Shown piece by piece: positions 13,640 to 25,305 of a stretch of DNA of 64,000 nt; position 1 is the first letter of the stretch; each line of letters begins with the position of its first letter. The position numbers and the translations under genes were made by a program. The notes beneath the pieces were generated by a model, which was not told the origin of the DNA, searched no databases, and saw only the letters and a list, made by a program, of their open reading frames with translations. Origin of the DNA: Octopus vulgaris (lineage: Eukaryota); assembly GCA_951406725.2 (NCBI GenBank), contig OX597816.1, forward strand, positions 86,056,001-86,120,000. Direction: 5' to 3'.

Positions 13640-14690
13640 GTTAAATTCGTATCGACTTTCTCTTTTTAAAATTAGTTTGAATGAGACCCATATCAGGCAT
13701 ATCATGCTGTGTAAATTCAAAAGGGTCTCTTCAACAGTAAAATACTGTAAGCAGTAAAATATATGCCTATAAAGAAAAACACGCTTTAAGTGTCCGGACA
13801 AGTCAATGATGGTACGGTCACTTTTGCATGGAAATGTATTCTTTCGAGTTGGAAAATAAGATACTGAAAACCGTATTTGTAAAGAACATAAAGCACGAGA
13901 ATTAGCAAATCAATTCAATTTAATTCACGCTTAGCTTTAAACATCTTCATGAATATGGAAAAAGGTCTTAGCTAGGTCAGTATACTCCTAGTTATATGAT
14001 TGCATCTAAGTATTATCAAAGTCTTGTCTACCGCTAGTCTTCTAAGAATAAGCTTGCTTGGATAGAATCAACGCAAATGATGAAAAATTGGTTCTCTATG
14101 ATCGTATCCAACGAAAACAACAATGATTCACACCCAATGAAAATGTAGAATCCATCCCCAAGGCAGTACTACACCTCCAAATCTCTTTGTATTTGGGTTG
14201 TAAATGAAGGGTATCATCTGTCATGAAGTGTTAAATCAAAACGAAACATTTGACGCTGTGATGAATTGTTATCAGTTGGAAACATTGCACAAAAGTTTGC
14301 AGAAAAGGACCAATCGTTTGTCAGTCATCCAGGCGTGTTTCTCTTAATGCAAGGCCATATACTGCCCCAGTCAACCAGGAAAAGATTGTGGCAGTAAATG
14401 TAAAATTTTTGCTTCACCGTCTTTACCTTCCTGCTCTTGCTCCTTTTTAATATCATCTTTTCAGGTCTTTACAACATTATTTAGAGTATGAACGAATCCT
14501 TAATTGTGAAGTGTTTAAAGATGTTAAGTGTTCCTTGGCTTTGAAATCTGAATAAGTTTAAACCAGAAGAATCAGCAATTTACCCAGTAGGTAGGATTAT
14601 GTTAACTATAATGAGGCGAAATATCATCTTGAATAAATATATCAAGACACTCCACCTGAAATACGTCAGAAATTTCTTTTCAACTGCATT
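13640..14690 (+). mobile_element. Decayed mariner transposon
   Basis: Remnants DEKLVLYD (the DEKW motif) at about 14078 and LAP..YHLFRSLQH (the YSPDLAPxD region) at about 14435-14480, with many stops and frameshifts. Confidence 0.75.
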
Positions 14691-15643
14691 TAAGCATACA
14701 CATATGTGGGTGTCGAGTGGGAGATAAAGAATCCCTTCAACAGAAGGTAATACGGATTCCATAAATGTGAGCAGATATTTTGGGTCTCGTGGTTTCGCAC
14801 CTAAATAGGAGCCGTTCGCATTTCTTAGGTTCTTTCACGTTGTAAGATAGCAGTAAATTTTGTAAATGTTGGATCTCGTGGTAGAACAATCTTTCTAGAT
14901 CATGTGATAACTCTTTGGGGTTGAATATGGTTAGGAAAACATTGTTGACTTCAGGCTGATGTCCGTTTATGCCGGGTTTCTCAAGCGTGTGGAAACATTA
15001 TCCCTTTAATGCAAGTCGGATAAAAAGATGGCCCGTCAGTGTGACCCGACACAATGTCACTCGCTGCTAGGATAGGTGGATGTAGAAAGCCTCTGAAATC
15101 TGCACAGAAGATCCCTCCAATATAAAAGAGAGATAAGGTTAGAAATAGTTTAGTCAATCTCACTAATAATGACCTCAGGGTTAATCATTTCTGAATGGTC
15201 AGGCAGAAGACAAGCGCGTATATCAATTCTGTCGCATATTACAGCCTAATCTGTTGTCCTTTCCGGTGAAGAAGTTTTGACCATCGTGGTGGACGATATG
15301 CACACATGCATTGATGCATTGTTACCTATAAGGATTTCTTCAGAGTGAGGCAATTTGTTACTATTTGTCAGACATATTTTTCCACAACTCATCTCTTTGC
15401 TTGATTCAAGCAAAACCAAAACTGGGAGTCTAGTACCGGGGGCATTAAAAATCACTCTGAATTTTATGGCAATCGAATAATCTGATCACTACATATTGTT
15501 GAGTGGTATTCTATAGAAGGTGTCTAATATTGATAATCGATTATATTATCCGAACGTGCTTTTGCGTCGATGAACACATACGTTGTTTCTCGAAAGTTCC
15601 GTCTGTTTCCTCGATCATCTCAAAATCTACGGGAACTTTGTCT

Positions 15644-15772
15644 TGCGTGAAAACCCGTGCTAAAACTGCTGCCTTGGATATTCTTACTGATAAATGGCAA
15701 GAAAAAACCCTCAATGGCAAATGCCCAAAGAGAGCGAATAATGCCGATGTTGACAAAGCCCTTACCCACCAA
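15644..15772 (+). mobile_element. Short internal R4/Dong-like fragment
   Basis: KTRAKTAALDILTDKWQEKTLNGKCPKRANNADVDKALTHQ, close to 51550-51675. Confidence 0.85.
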
Positions 15773-15828
15773 TATTATTTGTACTATTACAATAATTTGA
15801 CCATGAATTATCCACAAAAAAGAATATG

Positions 15829-16165
15829 ATAGCCAAGTGGTAATGGATTTGCACCCTTGAATCTAAATCATGCGTTAGATATCCGAACCGGGTGGCGTGT
15901 TGTACTTTTGATCAAAACACTTCATTTCACGTTGCTCTGATGCTGTGTGGGAATTGGCATGCGTGTCACAAAGAGGACTAAAAGTGATTGAGACATAATT
16001 TGCACTCCGACCTCGTAAAAGCATAGTCATCAACCACTGCCCAGAACAAACTCATGATTTTGTGGGCTGTGGCCTGATTGGTACAAAGGTGTCATTTCCC
16101 GGGAGCAGGGTGCCACCAACAAATGTTGGATGATGCGACGGACTGTTACAGCTCATGTCCCCATA
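15829..16165 (+). mobile_element. Degraded tRNA-derived SINE-like element ending at (ACT)n
   Basis: tagccaagtggtaa A-box-like head, CORE-like gtgttgtacttttgatcaaaacacttcatttcacgttgctc, followed by (ACT)n. Confidence 0.4.
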
Positions 16166-16169
16166 CTAG

Positions 16170-16216
<47 letters not shown>

Positions 16217-17000
16217 TGATAGTAAAGTCGAAATATATATCATGCTGAAACTTACCTTGTTATTTCAGCCTGGTTGAAAATCTTCCACGTCCTGACAATC
16301 ATCAGTCGAGTTATTAGTGTTTTTCATGTATTGTATTCTTACCCTCAATTTTTCGATAGCTGGGCCATCTGGATTACATATGCAAGCCACATGCATACAA
16401 TACTGTTAAATGAGTACAAATAAATAATTTGGTAAATTGCTAAGATGATCTCTCAAAATACTTATAATTGCAACGATAACAATGAATTTGCGCTCTGGTA
16501 TCAGTTGGACATATCACCCGTGCAAATTCCATTAATTTGATCTCGTTAGTGTGCAGATGATTTAGCATAAAGCAGAGAAGAAAACACAATGCGACTTTCT
16601 GGAGACTCGACCACTTCAGCCTTCAATTTACGCGGAAATGTATATAACTGTGTAAACAAAGATAAAGAAAAACAATGTAATCGTGCAAGAAATTACAATC
16701 CATGAAGATATGGCGAAGGATAACAAAAGGAAAATTAGAATATTCCTGAAAAACTGTACACATTTCTTACATGATAAGAAGGGAAATAGATTATTAGATT
16801 CATTGATCATACAGTCAAATTGACGCCTTGATATAACTGAGGCAATTTCGGATAAAATTATCATACATGTAGGTTTTGGGAAATGTCACATTTAGATACT
16901 ACTACTACTACTACTACTACTAGTCCTACTACTACTGCTGCTGCTGCTACTCTACTACTACTACTACTACTACTACTAATAATAATAATAATAATAATAA

Positions 17001-18170
17001 TACGAAAATTATCGACAATGCATAGATTTTACCTGCCAAGAAAACAGTGTCTGTTGATTTTACAGCTGGAATTAACAAATGAATATTGCCACAATTGGCC
17101 TAAACACCTAGCTGAAAAACTATAATGACTGGTTGTTAAAACTTGCTTTAAAACATGAAAATAAGAAAACATCATACTCAGTAAAAATGAAGGTAAATAA
17201 GAAATATCTAAGTGCATTTCAAATACAACGAATCCCAGAGTTAGATGTACTGCAAACAAGCACAGAAAAAGCGAAGCATACGAAAACCCGTGCTAAAACT
17301 TCTGCCTTGGATGTTGGTAAATGCCCAAAGATAGTGAATAATACCGATGTCGACAAAGCCCGTACCCATCAATATTTAGTGTCTTCTGGTTTAAAATCAG
17401 AGACAGAGGGTTTTATCATAGCAGCTCAAGAAGCTACCAGGCCAACATCTTAACGAACGGCAGTAGCCTAACATGACGTGTAAGTAGACAAACAATGAAA
17501 CCATCGATCATGTCTTCATGTGCACTCTTCTTGCGCCTAAAGTGTATCTACAGGCATGATAGAGCAGTACACTGGGTAATTTGGAAAGACTTCGACCTGT
17601 CACACGATAGAAACTGGTGGGAATACAAATCACCACTATTGCTTGAAAATGATCACATCTCACTCCTGTGGACCTTCACCGTTCAAAATGACAGAAAGAT
17701 AAATGCGAATAGGTCAGACATGGTATTGAAAGACTCCAGACAAAAATCAGGCACCATCATCGATATGGCTATCCCAACAGACATAAATGTATTTGTCAAG
17801 ACGTACAGAAACTGAGTAAGTATGAAGATTTTGCAATAGAAATTGGCTAAATGTGGAACTTCAAGACTAAAACAGTACCTGTTGTCATAGGTGCCCTCGG
17901 AATGATAGCAAGAGGGATTGGTTTCTACCTAGCTCAGATACCAGGAAATCCCCAAATGGAAGAAATTCAAAAAATAATGCTCATGGGAGGCGCACATATC
18001 CTACGTAAATTATTATGTAATTCCCACCAAAATACGTTTAAATGTACATAACAGCAATCACCTCTTACTATCATCATAACATCAGGCTTTCATCATATAC
18101 TCAAATTACTTTTAAAACAAACTTTTAATTCACCTATGATTTGACAGACATTCACAAGAATAATACATTA
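17001..18170 (+). mobile_element. 5'-truncated, decayed R4/Dong-like element
   Basis: Same subfamily as 51181-52557 (SGLKSETEGFIIAAQ, RHD, ANRSD, KTVPVVIGALG). Starts right after (AAT)n. Confidence 0.9.
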
Positions 18171-18179
18171 TAACTATGA

Positions 18180-20190
18180 GGCTTTTCAAACTCTTGTTAC
18201 TATTCCTCCCCAACATCGCTTGTGCCCGTATACTCCGCCATCCTCCACGCCTCATTCAAGACGAAGGCGGAATCCGCGCAGGCATCGCCCGGCCACAAGC
18301 GATATTCCTCATTGAGTCCCTGATGGCTATACGTCACGGGCAACGTTATGACCTCCACAGCTATCTGCGGAGGCCATTCGGTATCCTGTGTGAAGGTTAA
18401 ATGTACTCCTTTATGGGACTTTTCCACCACCTCTTCTACCTCTCCGCCTCTGTAGAAGAAAACCAATAGTTCCTCTTCCTCCGGGTTCGAGGTAGTCAAT
18501 TCTACCGTTGGCGGCACAATTCCCCCCAACTGTATCTCTTTCCCTGCCGGTGGTACAACCCATACCGGCAAGGTTCCGGGACATTCCGGTGTTATATCAC
18601 CGACTGCCAGCAATGTCCCGTTTCTCTTCCTCTTTTTTCTCTCAACTGAGGGAGGGTGCGTTTCCTTTGTGACTCGGAGATTCGCCTTCCCTCCTTCATC
18701 CCTAGGATCCCTCTGTGAGCACCAATGTTGCTCATCTTCTTCCTCTTGCAGCCCTTCTCTGAGGAGCCCTCCGTCTCCTCAGCCGCCTTCATTCCTTCTT
18801 CTAAAGAGGTCTCAATCAACTACTCCAGGACTTTGCTTTGTTCTTGGGGAAGTTTTTCTTCATATTGCCAGGCTCCAGGCACCGATGACACCTGGGGGTG
18901 GGGGAGACCCTCAAGAATAACCGGGTACCTGCACCCGGCCATTTTTAAATATCTGGCATAACCAGATTCATGGGTGAGTGGGTCCACAGAGTCAAACAGC
19001 TTTTGACACAACCCAATCAGCCCCAAGAAGAATTTTCACATTGAGGAGCCTGGCTCCGCTGCCACCCAGAACCCGATGGATAGTATTCTCTATCTACTGG
19101 GTTCAATTTCGGGTGGCAAACCACTGACTCAAGCCCTCGTCAATTTTTCCAACAATAAGTTGGAAGAAACAAAATTTGGTTACCCTCAAAGAGATGGGTC
19201 GCAAAGCTGCGAGCCTTCTCTGGGGTGTCAAACAGCAACCACACTGCTGCATATTTGACACTCCCAGATATATACTTAATGGCTGGCAGATGTTCCGCCA
19301 ACTCCTGCTCAATGATCTGCTTGGAGAAGACGGTAATGGTATCGAGAACCTTCGAATACGTTCTCAACATCACCGTCCTCCCCTCTTGCTGTCTGAGCCA
19401 CTCCATAGGTGGGACAATCTCGCACTCTAGAATCTTTTCCGTATTTTTGCCATGTTTTAAATTAAAAAGTAAAAAGACCAAAACAATAGTTCACAAATTT
19501 CAAAATGAAAACAGAGAAATCAAAACGAAGATAAAGGGAAGAAAAGAAAAGGCAAAACGTTCAATAAGAAAGTAACGACAGAAGAAGAAAACAACAGTTC
19601 AACAAAACACAGTACAACATTTTCTGGGCATTCAGGTACTGCAAGCCATATGATACTCCGATTGGAACCTGGACTGCTCCACTTGAAATACAGCTTTCCA
19701 ATTATTCGTAAACCTAGTTGTAAAAATACACACTATTCACAAACAGCGAACAAATCTTGGTGGCAGGTTACGCCACCAAACTATACTTCGCACGATGAGA
19801 AAAAAACTTTTACTTATTGTGAACACTTGAAATACAGCTTTCCAATTAATGGTAAATCAAAAAACATACGCTATTAAAAAGTGAACAACTTTTGGTTCAA
19901 GGATACGCCTCCAAACTGTACTTCTCACAATGAGTAAGACATTTTCACTTAATGTGAACATTATTGCTGAACTGCAAGCAGAGCAACATCCTGAATCCAA
20001 TGATGACTCCTTGTTTATAAAAAATATAACCACAGACAACAACCCCCACTGGACCCAAAAGACAAAAGTCTTACCTTGTAGCAGCTTCTTTTTGGCAGGC
20101 TAAACATGCCGGCTATCTTCTTCAGTGCACAACACAATGACGCATGCGTACACTGACGACAAAGACTCATGGGTAAACGAGCTACTTTAT
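18180..20190 (-). mobile_element. ORF1-only (HAL1-like) L1/Tx1-type element, copy 1
   Basis: Frameshifted ORF 19453->18200 homologous along its length to copy 2 (RTVMLRTYSKVLDT, VKYAAVWLLFDTPE, MAGCRYPVILEG, decayed knuckle). No ORF2 follows. Confidence 0.7.
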
Positions 20191-20249
20191 TTCAAAACAT
20201 TTGCCATAAAGGCAGTACACAGATTAAGTTAGCTTTGCGGGCTGGACGA

Positions 20250-22370
20250 GGACATTAATGAAGTGAATGATAATGAAAGAAAGATGATAAGGATGGGAGA
20301 AGACAGAAAGCGCCCGCCGACTTTTGCTTCTCTAAAACATTGTTCTTTTTAAAAAGATAAACACAAAACGAGGTATAAAACCTCTTACAATTTTCCCCAA
20401 TTTTTGGGCTTAGCAGTCCATTATTAATACAAAACGAGGTATTAATCCTCTTACAATTTTTCAATTTTTGGACTTAAGTCCATTACTAATAATACATATC
20501 GTCCTCGAAATAACATGTGCCCGCGCCCTCCACCATCAACCACGCCTCCCTCAGAACGTAGTCAAGTTCCGAGTTCGCGTCGCCCGGGACCAAGTTATAA
20601 TCTTCGTTGAGCTCCTTTAGCCCTAGCGTCACGTCGAACGCCACGGCCTCCACAGCTACCTGCGGAGGCCATGCGGGTCCTGTGTGAAGGCTAAAGGTGC
20701 TCCCTTGTAGTGCTCTTCCATCACTTTTTCAATTTCTCCTCCTCTATAGAAGAGGACCAACACATTTAGTTCTTTCGTTGGCGGCACAGTTTCCGCCAAC
20801 GGTATTCCTTCTCTTGTCGGTGGCACAACCCCAACCGACGTAGTTCCGCGACATTCCGGTGCTACACTGACAGCCGGTAATGTCCCGTTTTTCTTCCTCT
20901 TTTTCTTTTTTTTTCCCTTTTCAACTGAGGGAGGGTGCGTCTCCTCCGTAGCTGGAAGATTCGCCTTCCTCTCGTCATCCCTATTATCCTTTGGTGAGCA
21001 CCCATTGTTGCTCACCTTCCTCTTTCGGCCTCTGTTTGAGGAGTCCTCTGCTTTCTCGGCCGTTATCATTCCCTCTTCTATAGGGGTTTTACTTAACTGT
21101 TCCGGGATCCTATTTTGTTCCCGAGGACAGTTCTTCTTTATGTGGCCGGACTCCAAGCACCGATGACACTTAGGGGGCGACCCTCAAGCATCACCGGGTA
21201 CCTGCACCCGGCCATTTTCAAAAAATCTGGAAGAACCAGATTGGCTGATTGGGTCCACAGAGTCAAAATTGCTTTCGACCCAACCCAAGCAGCCACAGGA
21301 AGAACTTTTACATTGAGGAGCTTAGTTTCGCTGTCACCCAGACCCCGGCGGATAGTCTCCTCTATCCACTCGGGTTCTATGTCGGGTGGCAGTCCGCAGA
21401 TCCAAGCTTTCATCAATTTATTTTTTTTGTACGTGGGCAGGAATAAGATTTCCTTACCCTCCAAGGGTTTGCTAGCAAATGTGCAAGCCTCTTCAGGGGT
21501 GTCAAATAGCAACCACACCGTTGCATATTTGACACCCCTGGAAATGAATTTAATTGTTGGCAAATACTCTTCCAACTCCTCCTCAATTGCCGTCTTTTCG
21601 AATAGGGCGATGGTGTCAAGTGCCTTGGAGTAGGTTCTCAACACCACCGTCCTATCTTCACGGTCTTTTAACCACTTTTTGGGTGGTATGATTTCCCACT
21701 CCAAAATTTTGTTATTTTTCATTGCCATGTTTTTTTTTAAATATATTCAAATTAAACTCAAAAGCAGGAAGAAAAAAGTTCAAAAGTCTAAATAAAATTT
21801 GATAGATTTTTGAAAAAACAAAAAAGGAGAAAGCACAACAGAAGGGAAGAAATTAACGGAAAGTCGCAATAAAGAAAAAAAACAAAAGGGGGGGTTAAAT
21901 GAAGTTCAAAAGAAAGTTAATAAACAGAAAAAACACAGCAAAAATATTCTGGCCTTGTGGTACTCCCGGCCTGGGTTGAACCTGGAACGCCGCAACTGCA
22001 ACACAACCTCCACAAAAATGGGTCCGAAAGGTAATCCAATAGTGGCTTATTTTTATAATTTTCTTGCGAAGTAGTAAAACACAAGCAAACAAGTTAATTT
22101 TTGCGGAGGGGCTACGCCTCCTCAAAAAGCACAATTCTCACTAAAGAGTGAGACCTTAGACACGACAACAGGCAGAGAAATATATCTGAAGTAAAGTGAA
22201 GTCTATTACCCGCAAAAAAATATTAATGCTAGATAACGTTAACTGCTAAGCAAGCAATAAACTTCACTATGCTTCTAAAAATACAGAACGTCTTACCTGT
22301 CACCGAGTCAAAAGTTCAACATTTCACGTTCAAACACGTGACATTTGCAGGAGCAAAAAACAACACGTCT
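20250..22370 (-). mobile_element. ORF1-only (HAL1-like) L1/Tx1-type element, copy 2
   Basis: 5' end AGACGTGTTGTTTTTTGCTCC resembles L1/Tx1 termini. A ~640-nt 5' UTR precedes a gag-like ORF and a short 3' UTR. No APE or RT sequence. Confidence 0.72.
20486..21728 (-). pseudogene. L1/Tx1 ORF1-like (ZCCHC3-like) RNA-binding protein with CCHC zinc knuckle, about 410 aa, two frameshifts
   Basis: RRM-like WICGLPPDIEPEWI, then LEGRP followed after a 1-nt shift by KCHRCLESGHIKKNC (CX2CX4HX4C), a basic GRKRK segment and a C-terminus conserved with copy 1. Confidence 0.8.
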
Positions 22371-22412
22371 GTCTGGTAAGAAGCTACTTACCACACAGGC
22401 ACTCCTGCGCCT
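22371..22412 (-). mobile_element. SINE family A 5' head, truncated at the ORF1-only element
   Basis: Reverse complement taggcgcaggagtgcctgtgtggtaagtagcttcttacc matches 48735-48775. Confidence 0.8.
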
Positions 22413-23529
22413 ATACTTTATCTTTCATTAGGAAAGAAGAAAATTAGTTATTAAAGTTAATGAAACAATGTAATGTAGGAATTTAATGAAGACTGGCGGG
22501 ACAATCGATTGACATTTTTGGAAGAATCTTTGCAGAACACAGATGAAATTCAAGGTCTGTTATTGACGCTGAATACGCATTGAAAATGCTACACCGGGCT
22601 TCCAAGGAATAATACAAATCCCTTTATCAATTAAAGATATGGTAGCAGTAATTTCAATTATGTATTTCAAACAGATGAATAAACAGTGTTTCATAAACAG
22701 AGATATCCCACCTTGACAAGAAACATGTATTCCAAGGCTCTCTTACATCTAGAGAAAACATATAAGATATAAATAAAGAAAATAAAAATCACACTGTGTG
22801 ACCTTTTAAGGGAAACGGAAATATCGGATGGAGGATTGAGTATCGATTTTAAACGGAGTCCGTTCATCTTTTCATTTTTTCCAAGTAGCCAGAAGGAGTC
22901 TATTTAAGAGAAACTTTGAAGTGCAATGATGGAAATTAGCAACATAGTAGAAACTTGAGACAAAGAAACGCATACGTGCGCACACGTAGAGACACACACA
23001 CACACACGCACAAACACGCATACACATGCACGCACGCATTCATAAAGCGAATGAAATATGTAGATGCAGCGTGTTTTCCTTTATGGGCAGATGTTAAACA
23101 TCTTCAGTAATTTCACAATTTCCGTTTTCTGTTTAACTAAATTAACGAGCCAATTAGCAGAAGAAGACATTCAGCTAAGTTGAAATTATGTTGAGGAAGT
23201 ATATAGCGTTTAATTAATATCGCTTTCGTGTAGACTAAAGGCTAATTATCAATGCACATTAAGAATCGATCACCGCCTCCGCGTATAATTCCCACAGCAA
23301 TTAATTTGTTGTCTTAGATATACCAAGAACAAAAACATAATGCCGGATATTACACCGAGATAGAAATTCACATCTAAATATATCTAGAATTATGTATGCA
23401 TGTGTGCAAGTGTGTATATGCGAGTGTGTGTATGCATGTATATGTATGTATGCATTCATAAATGCATACATTAACACGTGTATACGCAAACACTCATACA
23501 CATAGATACACACACATATTCTTATGTTC

Positions 23530-23700
23530 TTTAATTTACTTTAGTCATTTGACTGCAGCCACGCAAGAGTACATCCATTAAGAATTTTTGTCGGAAAAAT
23601 CGACCCCAGGACTAATACTTTTCTAAACCTAGTACTTATTTTATTGGTCTCTTTTACCGAACTGCTAAGATAAAGGGATGTAAATACAGCAGCACCAAAT
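23530..23700 (-). mobile_element. SINE family A 3' half
   Basis: Diverged reverse complement of about 48980-49140. Confidence 0.75.
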
Positions 23701-24053
23701 ACAGACACGCGCAATCACACAGACATACAATCACAAACACACACACACGCAAACACAAACACAATCACACGCACGCACACACACATGCACACATATATAA
23801 TAGAATTATAAAAAGAAAGGTCTTGGTACAGGATTATTTGAAAATTCTAGTAGAGATGGCTTTTTGTGGGGAGGGGATAATTTTTGTTGTATGAGTACAA
23901 AAGAAAAAATCTTTTTGGTATTTAAGCAAGCAATAAAACGTACATTTTTCAATTTGAAAATGGCCACTTGAAGCACAGAGTACTGGGGTCGATCTATTCG
24001 ACTGGCCCCCTCCCCCAAAATTTCAGGCCTTGTGCCTAGGGTAGATAATGATG

Positions 24054-24101
<48 letters not shown>

Positions 24102-24779
24102 CAATATATATATATATATATATATATCATATACATATGTACTTTTGATTTCGTTGTGGAAAGACGTATTTTTCGAGCTCGTGAAACAATCAAGAAGGAT
24201 TCCTTAAATCGACGAAAAGTCTACAAAAACTGACAAAACATAACGTAGTGCTTGTTATTTCATAACGGTCTACTATAATACATTGGTAACAAGTTAATAT
24301 ATTACATGAAAGTCAGTGATGCAAGCCAGAGTTATCCTCGAAGAAAGCATGTGGTGATAAATCGTACTTTCATTAGTGGCCGTGCGTAAAGATTAATCTC
24401 TTTTTCTTTGAAACAATACTACTTCCTACAAGAACAAGGATTGGAATTTTACCTCTTGGGAATAAGTATCTTATTCATTTTGCTTTTTTTTTTTCTATCT
24501 TTGGTAATACCGGATGGAAATTTGAGTTAAGAAGTATTGTTTGTTTACATTGTATCTGAAAGTCTACGGTAGCAAATACGTTACGAATCCTCCTATTTTT
24601 ATCACTATTGCTTTTCATTTAACTTTTTCTTAAGGCTACCTCTTCGTATACATTCTACTTGAAAAATTTACGGTAGCAAATTCGTTACGAAAACTTTTTC
24701 TCGTCACAATCATTTTTTTCACGTTATCTTTTTTTTTTATTACAGCTGCCCTCCACCTATCGTTTTTCCCTTTCCTTCA

Positions 24780-25305
24780 TATGTTCGTTACCTGCTCCTC
24801 CCCTCTCTCTTTAATACCTTCGGCTTTCTCTCTCCTCTCACCTTCTCTTCCATATATTCCTTCTCCCGCTTCTCTCTCCCTCCCTTTCTCTCTCTACACC
24901 TACCTCTCTCACTTACTTTTTCATATCTTCTTTTACTCTCCTTTCCCTCACACTGTCTCTTCCCCTTTCATATCTTCCTCCTTATCCCACTTCTCTCTCC
25001 CTTCTTCTGTCTCTTTCAACATCTACTTCTCCTCCCTCATCTCACCTTCTCCCTCATATATGTCTCATTCCGTCTCTCCATTTCCCTTACATGCCTCATT
25101 CTCTCCTCTCTCTCTTTCCCTCTGTCTCTCTTTCTCTTCCCCTTCTCTCTCTCCATCAGTCTTGCTATCTCTCCATAGCACTTTCTCTTTCTTTATATCA
25201 CCCTCTATTTTTCCTTCATATCTCCGTCTCACTCCGTCTTTCTTTCTTCCTCTATACCTCCTTCTGTCTCTTTCACTTCTCTATCCTCCCCTCACTCTCT
25301 GGGCT
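24780..25305. repeat. CT-rich low-complexity tract
   Basis: Polypyrimidine composition; explains the S/L/P/F-rich ORF. Confidence 0.9.

Noticed and set aside
16250-16410. Possible minus-strand host exon (ttaacag...GTAAG, peptide YCMHVACICNPDGPAIEKLR)
   Set aside because: No recognisable homology or partner exons; it needs RNA-seq.
19625-19650. U2 snRNA fragment (TTGCAGTACCT) suggesting U2-targeted Tx1 insertion
   Set aside because: Only about 11 nt match, with no other U2 features, and it lies inside the UTR.
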